From the NCBI GenBank assembly GCA_040218735.1, contig JAVJQW010000042.1, positions 1-64,000 of the forward strand: a stretch of 64,000 nt of DNA, written 5' to 3'. How positions within the stretch are numbered: the stretch's first letter is position 1; each line of letters opens with the position of its first letter. The position numbers were made by a program, and so were the translations under genes. The notes beneath the pieces were generated by a model. That model was given only the letters and a program-made list of their open reading frames with translations, had not been told where the DNA came from and made no database searches. The stretch is from Deltaproteobacteria bacterium. Lineage in GTDB: Bacteria > Myxococcota > Kuafuiibacteriia > Kuafuiibacteriales > Kuafuiibacteriaceae. Shown piece by piece: positions 9,920 to 19,587 of this stretch.

Positions 9920-11188
9920 ATGAGCCGATCCGTCGCCGTCGGGTCTCTGTCCTCCGTGCGCCGACTCATGCTCGCGGTGTTCCTCGTCGGATGCTCGTCC
10001 GACATCGTCCAGATCGGTCCGCCCGACGCCAAGGTTCGCGATGCCGGCGAATCGCGCGACGGCGGCACCCCGGACGCGGGGGCGCGCGACGCCGGCTCAC
10101 ACGACGCGGGCACGCTCGAGTTCGGGTGCCCCGAGCGCATCACCCCGGTCGTCCGCCACGTCCTCACCGACGTCGCCCCCGAGCTCCCGGCGCGTGTCGC
10201 GTACGAAGGCGGACGATGGTTCGCGACCTACGGGCGCGTCGCGGGAACTTCGACGAGCGTCGGCTATGTCGTCGTCGAAGCGGACACCATCGTGCAAGAC
10301 GACTTGCTCGCGATGGACGGGCCGATCGTCTCCGGACCTCACCTGTCTCCGATCTCCGGCTTCGGATTCATCGCCGTCACCCGCGTCGGGTCGGCGACGA
10401 CCGGCGCAGTCCACACCGAAACGTGGATCGGCGACGAGCCGCCAGCGCGGCGTTCGTTTGAATGGAGTGGCTATATCCGCCTCGATGACGCCGTCGCGAT
10501 GGGATCCTCGTTGGTGCTCGCGGGGACGTCGACCGACGGATACGCCGTCCTCGACAACGTCACCTACTCGGGCGGGCGCTCCGGGTTCGGGCGTCGTTCG
10601 CTCGAGCCGTTCTCGCCGGTGTTCGAGACTCGGTACGCCGTGCGCGGCACGGGTCGATGGCGCTTCGACCTCCAGGAAGACTTCTTCAACCCGCAGCTAC
10701 AGACGGTGTTTGCGGTGCCGATCACGCGCGACGGGTTCGGCAGCGGCTGGGCGCCCGCGACGGTGTGCGGGACACACGTGTCGTTCGACGTCGCCGCCGT
10801 GGATCGTGAGCGCGCCCTGATCGCGTCGGACTGCACGCGACTGACTTCGCTCCAGCGCCAGTCCTTCGCGGTCGGAGACGAGAACTTCGGACTACGTCGC
10901 GACATGGAACCTCGTGTCCCGTCGCGCGTCGCCCACGACGGCTCGACGGTCTACTGGCTCCAGTGGCCGGACGGTGAGGACCGCGCCGTGGTGCGCGCGT
11001 TCAGCGAGTCACTGAGCGAGACGTACCTCGAAGCCGCCGCCGTACCCACCGCGCGCGCCGGAGGCACGCCGAGGAGCGCCGACCTCGAGGTCGCGGCCGG
11101 CACGGTGGATCAAGTCGCGGTGATCGCGACGTGGTCGAGCCCGCCGCGCGGCGAGCTGCTGATCTTCGAAGGCTGCGGGTTGCGCTGA
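9920..11188 (+). CDS. Hypothetical lipoprotein (beta-rich), paralog of the preceding gene
   Basis: Lipobox LVGC, DAG repeats, CP...C...DV...DC...SRVAHDG...FEGC; starts 2 nt after the upstream stop. Confidence 0.72.
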   Translation: MSRSVAVGSLSSVRRLMLAVFLVGCSSDIVQIGPPDAKVRDAGESRDGGTPDAGARDAGSHDAGTLEFGCPERITPVVRHVLTDVAPELPARVAYEGGRWFATYGRVAGTSTSVGYVVVEADTIVQDDLLAMDGPIVSGPHLSPISGFGFIAVTRVGSATTGAVHTETWIGDEPPARRSFEWSGYIRLDDAVAMGSSLVLAGTSTDGYAVLDNVTYSGGRSGFGRRSLEPFSPVFETRYAVRGTGRWRFDLQEDFFNPQLQTVFAVPITRDGFGSGWAPATVCGTHVSFDVAAVDRERALIASDCTRLTSLQRQSFAVGDENFGLRRDMEPRVPSRVAHDGSTVYWLQWPDGEDRAVVRAFSESLSETYLEAAAVPTARAGGTPRSADLEVAAGTVDQVAVIATWSSPPRGELLIFEGCGLR

Positions 11189-11189
11189 A

Positions 11190-12833
11190 TCAGACCCAGC
11201 CGCGGAGCGCCGCGGTGAGGTCGTTCGTCGGGCGTCGCTCGCCCTGGTGGTCGACCTCGCGGCAGTCGAGGCCACCCGCGAGCTCGAGCGACTGCTCGCT
11301 CGCGCTGAGCGAACGCGGGCCGCCGCCTTCGCCGCCGATGAACTCGACGCGGTCCACGCCGAGGTCCTTCACGAACCGCGCGAACGCGCGCTCCAGCGGT
11401 TTGATCGTGCTGGCGTTGGTGAGCAGGTACGTCTCGTCGCGATCCGAGGTGCCGGGCACCGCGTTCATGAAGTTCGCGAGGCGGTACCCCGAGAACACGC
11501 CGGGGCTCGGGATGGCGAGCAAGCCGGCGTCCTCGACCTCCTGAACGATCTGGTCGTAGACGTGCCCCATCGAGCGCAGCTCCTGCGACGCGTTTTCGCG
11601 CATCGCGTGAAGCTCCTGCGCTTCCCAGCGCTGAATGCCCGGCTCGCTGAGCGCCTGGTCGATCAGGTCGATGCACACGCGCGGGTGCTGCACCATGACC
11701 TCACCCGGCGCGAGCGGCCGCATGTGCATGTCGATGTGGAACTCCGGCTGCGTCACGAACGCGACGCGGTCCGGCGTCAGATCCATGTCGTGCGCGATGA
11801 CCTGCTTGGTGAGCTCCATCTTCGCGAGGAACTCCGGCGCGCGTGCGTAGTGCTCGCGCGTGACCGAGGTCGGCGCCCACCACGACGACGCACGATCCAC
11901 GTTCGCGAGCTTCTGCGCGGTCGCGTCGATGTCACGCTGCGTGAGCTGCCCGCTCTGCTGCATCCGACGCATCGTCGCGTCGACGTCGCGCTGGTCGAAC
12001 GCGTTTTCGAGGTGGAACGTCGACACCACCAACGAGTCGCGCCCGATGAGCGCGTACGGCTTGCCGTCGCTGGTCGTCCCGCCGAGCAGGTTGCCGCCCT
12101 CGATGTACGAAGCCGTGTTCACGACCTCGCGCCCGAGCTGCCGCGCGGTCTGCCGTGCGTCGACGGCCTCGTTGCGATCCGAGACGGCGCCTTGGAAGCC
12201 GGGGTGGTAGGGGTGGTAGCCCTCGTCCTGCGTGAACGCGATCGCCTTGTTGAACGTGGAGTCCGAGATGCGCGGCGGTACGAGGACCTTCACCGGGTCC
12301 ATGCCCGTCGCGTTCGTCAGGATGTGGCGGTCCTCGCCCCAGACGCTCGAGTACTCGTCCTCCCGCACGACATCGACGATCTGGTCGAGCCGCTCCACCG
12401 GGAGCCCCGTCGCCTGCGTGAGGTAGCCGGCGATCGACGCCATCGGCACCGACGGCGGCGCGGACGCGACGAGGTGGAAGCCGAGCTCCGCACCGAGGCG
12501 CGCCATCGACGCGGTGTAGACGGCCTGGATCGGATCCGAGAAGCCGGGCATCCACACCGTCTTCATGCGCGACGACAGATCCTCCGCCTCCGGGCCCGAG
12601 CTCGGGCGGACGCGCATCGTCGGCCCCGGCGTCATGCGCGAGACGCCGCGCTGCCAGGCGTCCCGCGTAGCGCCGCTCCAGCCGCCCGCGTAGCGCCGCT
12701 CGACGTCCGCGAGGCGCTGGCGCTCGGCCGGCGTCGCGCCGCCCTGATTGGCGGCTCGGAGGATTCGGTCGACCGCCGTCGGGGAGGGGTTTCGAAGGTC
12801 CGTCGCACGCAACGCGGAGACGAGGGGATGCAT
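11190..12833 (-). CDS. Pentein-superfamily (agmatine/peptidyl-arginine deiminase-like) protein without signal peptide
   Basis: Ordered motifs WGED, IEGGN, FHIDMHMRP, ANFMN, GGLDC match the guanidino-modifying enzyme Asp-His-Cys architecture. Confidence 0.7.
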   Translation of the reverse strand: MHPLVSALRATDLRNPSPTAVDRILRAANQGGATPAERQRLADVERRYAGGWSGATRDAWQRGVSRMTPGPTMRVRPSSGPEAEDLSSRMKTVWMPGFSDPIQAVYTASMARLGAELGFHLVASAPPSVPMASIAGYLTQATGLPVERLDQIVDVVREDEYSSVWGEDRHILTNATGMDPVKVLVPPRISDSTFNKAIAFTQDEGYHPYHPGFQGAVSDRNEAVDARQTARQLGREVVNTASYIEGGNLLGGTTSDGKPYALIGRDSLVVSTFHLENAFDQRDVDATMRRMQQSGQLTQRDIDATAQKLANVDRASSWWAPTSVTREHYARAPEFLAKMELTKQVIAHDMDLTPDRVAFVTQPEFHIDMHMRPLAPGEVMVQHPRVCIDLIDQALSEPGIQRWEAQELHAMRENASQELRSMGHVYDQIVQEVEDAGLLAIPSPGVFSGYRLANFMNAVPGTSDRDETYLLTNASTIKPLERAFARFVKDLGVDRVEFIGGEGGGPRSLSASEQSLELAGGLDCREVDHQGERRPTNDLTAALRGWV

Positions 12834-12842
12834 CGTCAGCGC

Positions 12843-12870
12843 TTATCGGACCGAATCAGCCCGACGGTGC
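12843..12870 (-). promoter_or_regulatory. Putative sigma28 (FliA/WhiG)-like promoter
   Basis: Minus strand GCAC-N16-TCCGATAA, ending 9 nt before the ATG at 12833. Confidence 0.45.
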
Positions 12871-12908
12871 TTATTGTATGGATAAGTACGACAATTGACC
12901 GACGGTGC

Positions 12909-14975
12909 TCACCGCTCGAAACGCAGCGTCGACTCGCCGGGCCAAGTCCCCGGTCCGCAGGTCGGGGAGCACCCGAGGGCGTCCGCGCCGCGCGTCCCGT
13001 CGAACGACTCCCACCCGATCGCCGCCGAGGACCCGGCGATCTCCGCGGAGGGCCCGTAGGTGATCTCGACCGCGAGGTCCGCCTCGTACAGCCGCACCTC
13101 GGCGTCCACGCGTTGCCCGTCCTGCGCGTACCGGTGGAACCGGAGGATCGCGATCCGCTCGGGCGCGTCGCCTTCGACGTCGATGTACGTCGCGCTGTCG
13201 GCGGCGCGCGCGAGGCCCGCGTCCCACCACCACGCGAGCAACCCGTTCGGCGCGGACTGCGCCACGAGCTCCGGGGCCGCCGACGGATCCGCGCGGCCGA
13301 ACACGAGGACACCCGGCACCCGGAGGTCCACGCGATCCACGCGGCGGCCGAGGAAGTTGAAGATGAACGGCAGCGCGACCGACGACGTCTCGGCCACGAT
13401 GACTCCGGTCGGCGGCGACAGCTCGGTCGAGTTGCCGGACGTGGTCTCGAACGACGCCCACGTGCATGCGTTCGAGCAGCTGTCGAAGTCGTCGGTGTTT
13501 GCGTCGTCGCACTCTTCGACGCCGCTCCACACGTAGCCGTCGCCGCACGTCGCTTCGACGCACAGACCCACGCAGCCGTCGTCGTTGTCGCTGTTCCCGT
13601 CGTCGCAGATCTCGCCGTCGTCGACCGTCCCGTCGTGGCAGTGCGCGAACTGGCAGTCGGTCCGGCACGCGTCGCGTTGGGTGTCGCTGTTGGCGACGCC
13701 GTGGTCGCACTCCTCGGGGGCTTCGAGGTACCCGTTGCCGCAGACCTCGACCTCACAGCGATCGTTGCATCCGTCGCCGATCGTGAGGTTGCCGTCGTCG
13801 CAGGTCTCGCGCCCGCTCAGCACGAAGCCGTCGCCGCAGAACGCGCCCACGCAGTTCGAGGTGCAGAAGTCGTTGTCGTTGGTGTTGCCGTCGTCGCACG
13901 CCTCGCCGGGGTTCAACATGCCGTCGCCGCACTGCTCGCCGACACACAGGTGCGCGTAGCGAACGACGACCTCGGAGGTCTCGAGCGGGATGAAGCGTTG
14001 TTCGAACTCGACGGTGCGCGCGGCGTAGTCGAGCGACCAGATGAGTGTGTTGCCGTAGCGCGGCGGGATCGAGACGCCGTCCTCCAGGACGACGAGGGAT
14101 CCGTTCGTCGGCGTCGCGTCAAGGTGGAGCCGCTGCACGCCGCCGGGGAAGCGCTCGTCCATCGCGTTGCCTTCCATCCCCTCGCCGCTCAGCCAGACGT
14201 AGTGCAGATCGGTGCCCGCCTGGAGCGCGAGCTGAGCCGCGTGATGGCCGAGGCGCTGCGGCGCGAACCCGACGCGAATCGTCTTCACCGCTCCGGACGC
14301 CACGAGGCCCGGCGGATCGGACTCCAGCGTGAACGCGCTGGCGTCGTCGCCGATGAGCTGCACGTCCACGAACACCGGTGTCGCCGCGCGGTTCGCGAGG
14401 GTGAGCGCCTCGATCTCCGCGTTGCGGCACGCCGCCCCGCGTCGGCCGAAGTCGAGCTGCGCCGGTGACAGGACGACCTCGGTGTTCGTGCCGTGTCCGA
14501 AGACCCGCACGGTGTGCGAGGCACGGTCGGCCGCGAACGTGATCCGCGCTTCGTACGGGCGGGCCTGGTCCGGCACGAATCTAATCGGCACGAACGTGGT
14601 GCTGTTCGGCGCGATCGTCAGCGGCGGCGCCACGCCTGCGATGAATCCGGGCGCCGTGGAGATCGACTGGATGACACACGCCGTATCGGACGCGTTCTCG
14701 AGCGCGACGCGCGCCGCACCCGACAGACCGACCGCGACTGCGCCGACGTCGACCTCCAACGGACCGCGCAGTATGCAGCGCGCGGGCGGGGCACGGTCGA
14801 TTTGTATGGGGGTGTTCGCGAGGAGCACGTCGCGGACGGGGGCGGTGTTCGGCGCGGTGATGCAGCGACCACCGACGAGGGTCTGTCCCGACGGGCACGC
14901 CCCGTCGTCGACGCGCCCTTCCACGGTGCATCCGAACGTCGCGAGCGCGACACAGGTGACAACCCGGGCTCCCAT
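12909..14975 (-). CDS. Cys-rich repeat (DUF4215-type) lipoprotein with ASH/Ig-like domains
   Basis: Lipobox TFGC, two ASH-like domains (LSPAQLDFG), six CGDG..GE.CDDGN-type repeats. Confidence 0.85.
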   Translation of the reverse strand: MGARVVTCVALATFGCTVEGRVDDGACPSGQTLVGGRCITAPNTAPVRDVLLANTPIQIDRAPPARCILRGPLEVDVGAVAVGLSGAARVALENASDTACVIQSISTAPGFIAGVAPPLTIAPNSTTFVPIRFVPDQARPYEARITFAADRASHTVRVFGHGTNTEVVLSPAQLDFGRRGAACRNAEIEALTLANRAATPVFVDVQLIGDDASAFTLESDPPGLVASGAVKTIRVGFAPQRLGHHAAQLALQAGTDLHYVWLSGEGMEGNAMDERFPGGVQRLHLDATPTNGSLVVLEDGVSIPPRYGNTLIWSLDYAARTVEFEQRFIPLETSEVVVRYAHLCVGEQCGDGMLNPGEACDDGNTNDNDFCTSNCVGAFCGDGFVLSGRETCDDGNLTIGDGCNDRCEVEVCGNGYLEAPEECDHGVANSDTQRDACRTDCQFAHCHDGTVDDGEICDDGNSDNDDGCVGLCVEATCGDGYVWSGVEECDDANTDDFDSCSNACTWASFETTSGNSTELSPPTGVIVAETSSVALPFIFNFLGRRVDRVDLRVPGVLVFGRADPSAAPELVAQSAPNGLLAWWWDAGLARAADSATYIDVEGDAPERIAILRFHRYAQDGQRVDAEVRLYEADLAVEITYGPSAEIAGSSAAIGWESFDGTRGADALGCSPTCGPGTWPGESTLRFER

Positions 14976-15025
14976 CGAGCGGACAGAGTATGGCGTCGCG
15001 GCGCAGCGTCGCCAAGCGTCGTGGC

Positions 15026-16483
15026 TCACTCCTTCGACGCGCCCCGGCAACGTGCGATGATTCGTGCACGCTCCTCACCTGACGTACCGGCGCGCTTCAA
15101 GGCGGCGTCGGCCGCGTCGCATGCGCCGAGCATCGCCCGCGACTCGCCGAGGACACGCTCCACGTCGCGCCGACGGTGCGCCGCGAGTGCGCCGCCCCGC
15201 AGGCTCTCGGCGGCGGCCGCCGCCTGCGCGAACCGCTCCGCGGCGAAGAGCGCGTGCAGCTGCCCGAGGCGCGCCTCGGTGCGGAGCCGCCCGTCCGGGT
15301 ACGCGGCGAGGTACGCCGCGAACGCATGGATCGCGGCGGCCGCGTCCCCGTCGCCGAGCAGGCGCTGGGCGCGCTCGTAGGCGTCGAGCTGAGCGGCGAG
15401 ATCCGAAGCGGGCGCCGCGCCGGGGCCGCTCGAGCTGGCCGCGCCGTCGCCCTGCGCCGTGGTCCCGGCGCCGCCCTGGGCGGTGGCTCCGTTGGCGTCC
15501 TTCGCGGAGGCCCCGTTGGCGCCGCCCTTGGCGGAGGCTCCGTTGGCGTCCTTCGCTGTGGCTCCGTTGGCGTCCTTGGCGGTGGCTCCGTTGGCGTCCC
15601 TGGCGGCGGCTCCGTTGGCGTCCTTCGCGGTGGCTCCGCTGGCGTCCTTGGCGGTGGCTCCGTTGGCGTCTTTCGCGGCGGCTCCGTTAGCGTCCTTCGC
15701 GGCGGCTCCGTTGGTGTCCTTGGCGGCGGCTCCGTTGGCGTCCTTCGCGGCGGCTCCGTGGACGCCGTCCTTGGCGGACGCTCCGTGGGCGCCAGCCGCG
15801 GCGCCCGCGTTGGCGCCGCCCTGGGTCGGCGCGCCGTCGACGTCGGTCTTGGTCGCGTGGCCAGCGCGCGCTTCGGTGACCCCGTAGGCGTCGCTCTTGG
15901 CGATGCCTCCGCGGGCACCGCCCTCCGCGGCAGCGTGGGCGCCGCTGCGGGCCATGGCTGCGCCCGCGCCGGACTGGTCGGCGGTCGCGTTGGCGCCGCG
16001 CCCGGCGGCTCCGTTGGCGCCGCGCTCCTCGGCCGCGTGGGCGCCGCGCTCATCCGTGACGCCGTCGGCAACGCCCCTCGCGTTCGCGCCGCCGGAGGCG
16101 CGCTCATCCGTGACGCCGTCGGCGCGGTCCTCGTCGATGTCGCCTTCGGATCCAACAGCGGTCCGCGAGTCGGCGTCGCCGCGCACGGCGCTCGCGCTCC
16201 GGTCCACCGACGCGACCTGCACGGGCTCGGGCCCACCCGTCGCGGCCCACCACGTCGCGGCGCCGCCGAGCACCAGCGCGCCGATCAAGTACGGGACGAC
16301 GCTCGCCGCGCCCACGCCGGCGCTCGCGCCGGCGGCGATCTTCGCCTGCAGCGCCTGCTGCATCGCGCCGAGGTCGTGTGATGCGAGCGACTCGGCCTCC
16401 GCGGACAGATCTCGGCGCAGCGCCTCGGGCACCTCGGGATCGTCGCGCCAGCGCTTGGGTCCGTCCTTCACTTCGCGTCCCAC
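15026..16483 (-). CDS. Putative anti-sigma factor (TM + repeat linker + C-terminal TPR)
   Basis: Overlaps the ECF stop; PKRWRD start, TM helix, TPR end YLAAYPDGRLRTEA. Confidence 0.75.
   Translation of the reverse strand: MGREVKDGPKRWRDDPEVPEALRRDLSAEAESLASHDLGAMQQALQAKIAAGASAGVGAASVVPYLIGALVLGGAATWWAATGGPEPVQVASVDRSASAVRGDADSRTAVGSEGDIDEDRADGVTDERASGGANARGVADGVTDERGAHAAEERGANGAAGRGANATADQSGAGAAMARSGAHAAAEGGARGGIAKSDAYGVTEARAGHATKTDVDGAPTQGGANAGAAAGAHGASAKDGVHGAAAKDANGAAAKDTNGAAAKDANGAAAKDANGATAKDASGATAKDANGAAARDANGATAKDANGATAKDANGASAKGGANGASAKDANGATAQGGAGTTAQGDGAASSSGPGAAPASDLAAQLDAYERAQRLLGDGDAAAAIHAFAAYLAAYPDGRLRTEARLGQLHALFAAERFAQAAAAAESLRGGALAAHRRRDVERVLGESRAMLGACDAADAALKRAGTSGEERARIIARCRGASKE
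15478..15790. repeat. In-frame 24-bp tandem repeat (AKDANGA[TA] octapeptide, about 11-12 copies)
   Basis: Recurrent ggctccgttggcgtcctt(c/g)gcgg units. Confidence 0.9.
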
Positions 16484-17055
16484 AGCTTCCGGAACTTCTC
16501 GCGTCCCAGTCGCAGTCGACTCCAGACGGTATTCTCCGGGATCTCGAGCATCTGCGCGATGTCCTTGCCGCTCACTTCCTCCAGCTCGTACAGCACGAAC
16601 ACCTCGCGCAGCTTGAAGGGCATCTTGGCGACCGTCGCTCGCACGCGCGCTCCTCGTTCACGCCGCTCGAGCTCCTCGTCCGGCAGCGTCGTCTCGGGCG
16701 GAACGTCCGCCGTTTGAATCCGGTCCGCGAGCCGCAGGCGGCGCGCGATCGACCGGCGGTCGTGCCGAAGCACGTTCACCATCACACGATAGAGCCATCC
16801 CCGGACGTCCTCCGGATCCGTCAGCGTAGCCCGCTTCTCGTGCGCGATCAGGAACACCCGCTGCACGATATCTTCGGCACGGTCGCCCGACCCGGTGAGT
16901 CGCTCCACCGTGCGGAGCAAGAACGGTGCATGGTCACCGAACAGCGCTCCGACATCGATTTCGCGGCCAGGTCGGGCAGACCGTCCCGAATTGGCTGCTT
17001 GGTTCCTGTTCACCGGTCTTTCCGGCACTACGTCCTTCCCGCGGTCCGCGTCCAC
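16468..17055 (-). CDS. ECF RNA polymerase sigma-70 factor
   Basis: AEDIVQRVF...RGWLYRV; REVFVLYELEEVSGKDIAQMLEIPENTVWSRL. Confidence 0.93.
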   Translation of the reverse strand: MDADRGKDVVPERPVNRNQAANSGRSARPGREIDVGALFGDHAPFLLRTVERLTGSGDRAEDIVQRVFLIAHEKRATLTDPEDVRGWLYRVMVNVLRHDRRSIARRLRLADRIQTADVPPETTLPDEELERRERGARVRATVAKMPFKLREVFVLYELEEVSGKDIAQMLEIPENTVWSRLRLGREKFRKLWDAK

Positions 17056-17104
17056 CTTCAGAAAAAATCGGGTTCGCGGAGAAAAAAGCGCCCGCCCCGG
17101 CCAC

Positions 17105-17983
17105 CTACCAGCCCCAGGACCACCCGACCGTCACACCTACGCGCACGATCGCCCCCACGTACGCCTCGTCCGTCGAGGCCCGCACGAACCGCGGCTGCGT
17201 GATCGCGACCGGCGCCCACAACCCCAGCATCAAGTCACCGCGCCGCGCTTCGAGGTGCGGCACCACGTCGAAGAGCGGCAAGGTCTCGGACGACGCCGCG
17301 TCGAAGCCCCGCCCCCGCCCGTGTTGGACCCCCGCGACGAACCGCAGCGACGGCGTCCACGTCCACCCCATCCCGCGGATCCGATACGCCGGCCCGAGCC
17401 CCGCGAAGACGGACACCACGTCCAGCGCGCCGTCCCCGATCGCCGCGCCGACGACGCTCCCCACCCCGATCGCCCCGACCATGCTGAAGCCGCGCGCACG
17501 CCCGCCCGACAGCGACACGAGCACCGCCGCGCCGAAGCCTCGCCGGTCGATCCCGGCGATCGGGCCCCCTTCCGCCGACAGGCGAAGCTCGAGCGGCGGG
17601 GGCGGCGGCGGCGGCGGCGGCGGCCGCGGGCGCACCACCGACAACCTGCGCTGCCTCCGGAACGACGCCCAGTCCCGGTGCGGCAGCTCGGTCACGTAGC
17701 GCTCCGCGATGCTGGCGACGAGGCGGGGCAGCAACGGGCAATCCGCTGCGACCAGATCCAGCGAACGCGTCGTGGTGCTCGTGCCCGCGGTGTCCAACGT
17801 GATGTTCGCGGCGAGCGCCGGCCCGTCCGCGGTGAGCTGCAGCGCGACGTGCAGCGGGATCGGCGCGGGCACCTTCGGGTCGATCGCCTCGAACAGCGCG
17901 ACGGTGGTCGTGCACGTCGTCTCGCCCGCGAGCTCCACGTCGACTTCGGCGACGAGCACGAGCGCGAGCGCGACTTCGATCAT
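17105..17983 (-). CDS. Exported hypothetical protein with poly-Pro linker and C-terminal barrel-like strands (ECF cassette 2 partner)
   Basis: Hydrophobic N-terminus, ATGA overlap with livF, long poly-Pro run, ends VGVTVGWSWGW. Confidence 0.7.
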   Translation of the reverse strand: MIEVALALVLVAEVDVELAGETTCTTTVALFEAIDPKVPAPIPLHVALQLTADGPALAANITLDTAGTSTTTRSLDLVAADCPLLPRLVASIAERYVTELPHRDWASFRRQRRLSVVRPRPPPPPPPPPPLELRLSAEGGPIAGIDRRGFGAAVLVSLSGGRARGFSMVGAIGVGSVVGAAIGDGALDVVSVFAGLGPAYRIRGMGWTWTPSLRFVAGVQHGRGRGFDAASSETLPLFDVVPHLEARRGDLMLGLWAPVAITQPRFVRASTDEAYVGAIVRVGVTVGWSWGW

Positions 17984-18753
17984 GCCCAGCGCCTTCTCCG
18001 CCGGTACCGCTGGTAGCCCTTCTTCGACGCGGTCTGTTTGGCGCCGAGGTAGAACTCCTGCACGTCGTCGTCGGCGAGGAGGGTCGCGGTGTCGGCCGCG
18101 AGCACCACGCGCCCGGCCTCGAGGATGTAACCGTACGACGCGAGGTCGAGCGCGCGCCGGGCGTTCTGCTCTACGAGCAGCAGCGCGATGCCGCGCTCCG
18201 CGAGCCGGCCGAGGATCGTGAAGATCTCCTTCGCGACGATCGGCGCGAGCCCCAACGAGGGTTCGTCGAGGAGCAGCACCTTCGGCGAGCTCATCAGCGC
18301 ACGCCCGATCGCGAGCATCTGCTGCTCCCCGCCGCTGAGCGTCCCCGCGCGCTGACCGACCCGCTCCTCGAGGCGCGGGAAGTGTTCGAAGACCCGCGCG
18401 AGGTTGTCCTCCGCGTCGCCGCGCGGCGCGGTCCAGCCGCCCATCAACAGGTTCTCGCGCACGGTCAGGTCCGCGAAGACCTCGCGCCCCTCCGGCACAC
18501 ACGCGAGGCCGCGCCCGACGCGCGCGCTGGTGTCGAGGCGATCGATGCGCTGACCCGCGAGGTGGATCTCGCCGCGCTCGGGCTGGTCTTCGATCAGGCC
18601 CATGAGCGTGCGGATCAGCGTGGTCTTGCCCGCGCCGTTCGGCCCGAGGACCGCGATGATCTGGCCCGCGTCGATCTGCACGCTCACGCCGCGCAGCACC
18701 TGCACGTACCGGTTGTAGAAGACCTCCAGGCGCTCGGCGGAGAGGAGGCTCAT
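17980..18753 (-). CDS. livF: LIV-type ABC transporter ATP-binding protein (LivF-like)
   Basis: GPNGAGKTT, VPEGREVF, LSGGEQQMLAIGRALM, LLLDEPSLGLAP, LVEQN. Confidence 0.9.
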   Translation of the reverse strand: MSLLSAERLEVFYNRYVQVLRGVSVQIDAGQIIAVLGPNGAGKTTLIRTLMGLIEDQPERGEIHLAGQRIDRLDTSARVGRGLACVPEGREVFADLTVRENLLMGGWTAPRGDAEDNLARVFEHFPRLEERVGQRAGTLSGGEQQMLAIGRALMSSPKVLLLDEPSLGLAPIVAKEIFTILGRLAERGIALLLVEQNARRALDLASYGYILEAGRVVLAADTATLLADDDVQEFYLGAKQTASKKGYQRYRRRRRWA

Positions 18754-18820
18754 GCCGGCCTCCAATTGCGTCGGCCGCCGCGCGTCGGTTCGAGCGGCGC
18801 AGCCCGGCGAGCGACGGACT

Positions 18821-19585
18821 TCACGCGTCGTCTCCCACGTACGCGCGCACCACCGCGAGGTCGGTGGTGACGGTCTGAGGGTCGCCGTCCGCGATCTTCT
18901 TGCCGTGGTCGAGCACGATCACGCGCTCGCTGATGTCGCGCACCATGGCGAGGTCGTGTTCGACGATCAGCACCGTGATCCCCAGGTCGCGCGCGAGGTC
19001 GCGCACGACGAACACCATCTCCTCCTTCTCCTCCGACGTCATCCCCGCGGAGGGCTCGTCGAGCAGGAGCAGCCGCGGCTCGAGCGCGAGCGCGCGCGCG
19101 AGCTCGACCTTCTTCTTCACGCCGTAGGGCAGATGCATCACGCGGACGTCGCGCGTGAACTGCAGGTCGAGGCGGTCGAGGATCTCCTCCACGCGCCGCC
19201 GCGCCGCGACCTCTTCGCGTTTCACGCGCGGGCCGAAACCCATCGCCGCGAGCGGGCCCGTCGACGTGTGGAGGTGCCGCCCGAGGAGCACGTTCTCGAG
19301 CGCGGTCATCGCGTCGAACAGCTCGATGTTCTGGAACGTCCGCGCCACGCCGAGCCGCGCGATCTCGTGCGGCTTCTTGCCGAGGATCGGCTGACCGTCG
19401 AACCGGATCGCGCCCTGGTCTGCGCGGTAGATCCCGGTGATGCAGTTGAAGAGCGTGCTCTTGCCCGCGCCGTTCGGTCCGATGAGCGCGACGATCTGCT
19501 GCGGCTCGAGCGCGAGCGAGACGTTCGCAAGCGCCTGCACGCCGCCGAACGCGACCGAGAGATCCGCGACGTCGACGAGCGCCAT
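18821..19585 (-). CDS. livG: LIV-type ABC transporter ATP-binding protein (LivG-like)
   Basis: FGGVQAL, GPNGAGKST, ARTFQN, LPYG...VELARAL, LLDEPSAG, VEHD. Confidence 0.9.
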   Translation of the reverse strand: MALVDVADLSVAFGGVQALANVSLALEPQQIVALIGPNGAGKSTLFNCITGIYRADQGAIRFDGQPILGKKPHEIARLGVARTFQNIELFDAMTALENVLLGRHLHTSTGPLAAMGFGPRVKREEVAARRRVEEILDRLDLQFTRDVRVMHLPYGVKKKVELARALALEPRLLLLDEPSAGMTSEEKEEMVFVVRDLARDLGITVLIVEHDLAMVRDISERVIVLDHGKKIADGDPQTVTTDLAVVRAYVGDDA

Positions 19586-19587
19586 CG

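Noticed and set aside
6250-11188. 968-aa (6250-9156) and 937-aa (8375-11188) ORFs as single genes
   Set aside because: The N-terminal extensions are Arg/Pro-rich shadow frames over the ECF and lipoprotein genes; the real starts are at 8064 and 9920
11247-14468. 1073-aa plus-strand ORF and similar long antisense ORFs (e.g. 24141-26156, 55152-57575)
   Set aside because: Antisense shadows of well-supported genes, expected in high-GC DNA; no motifs
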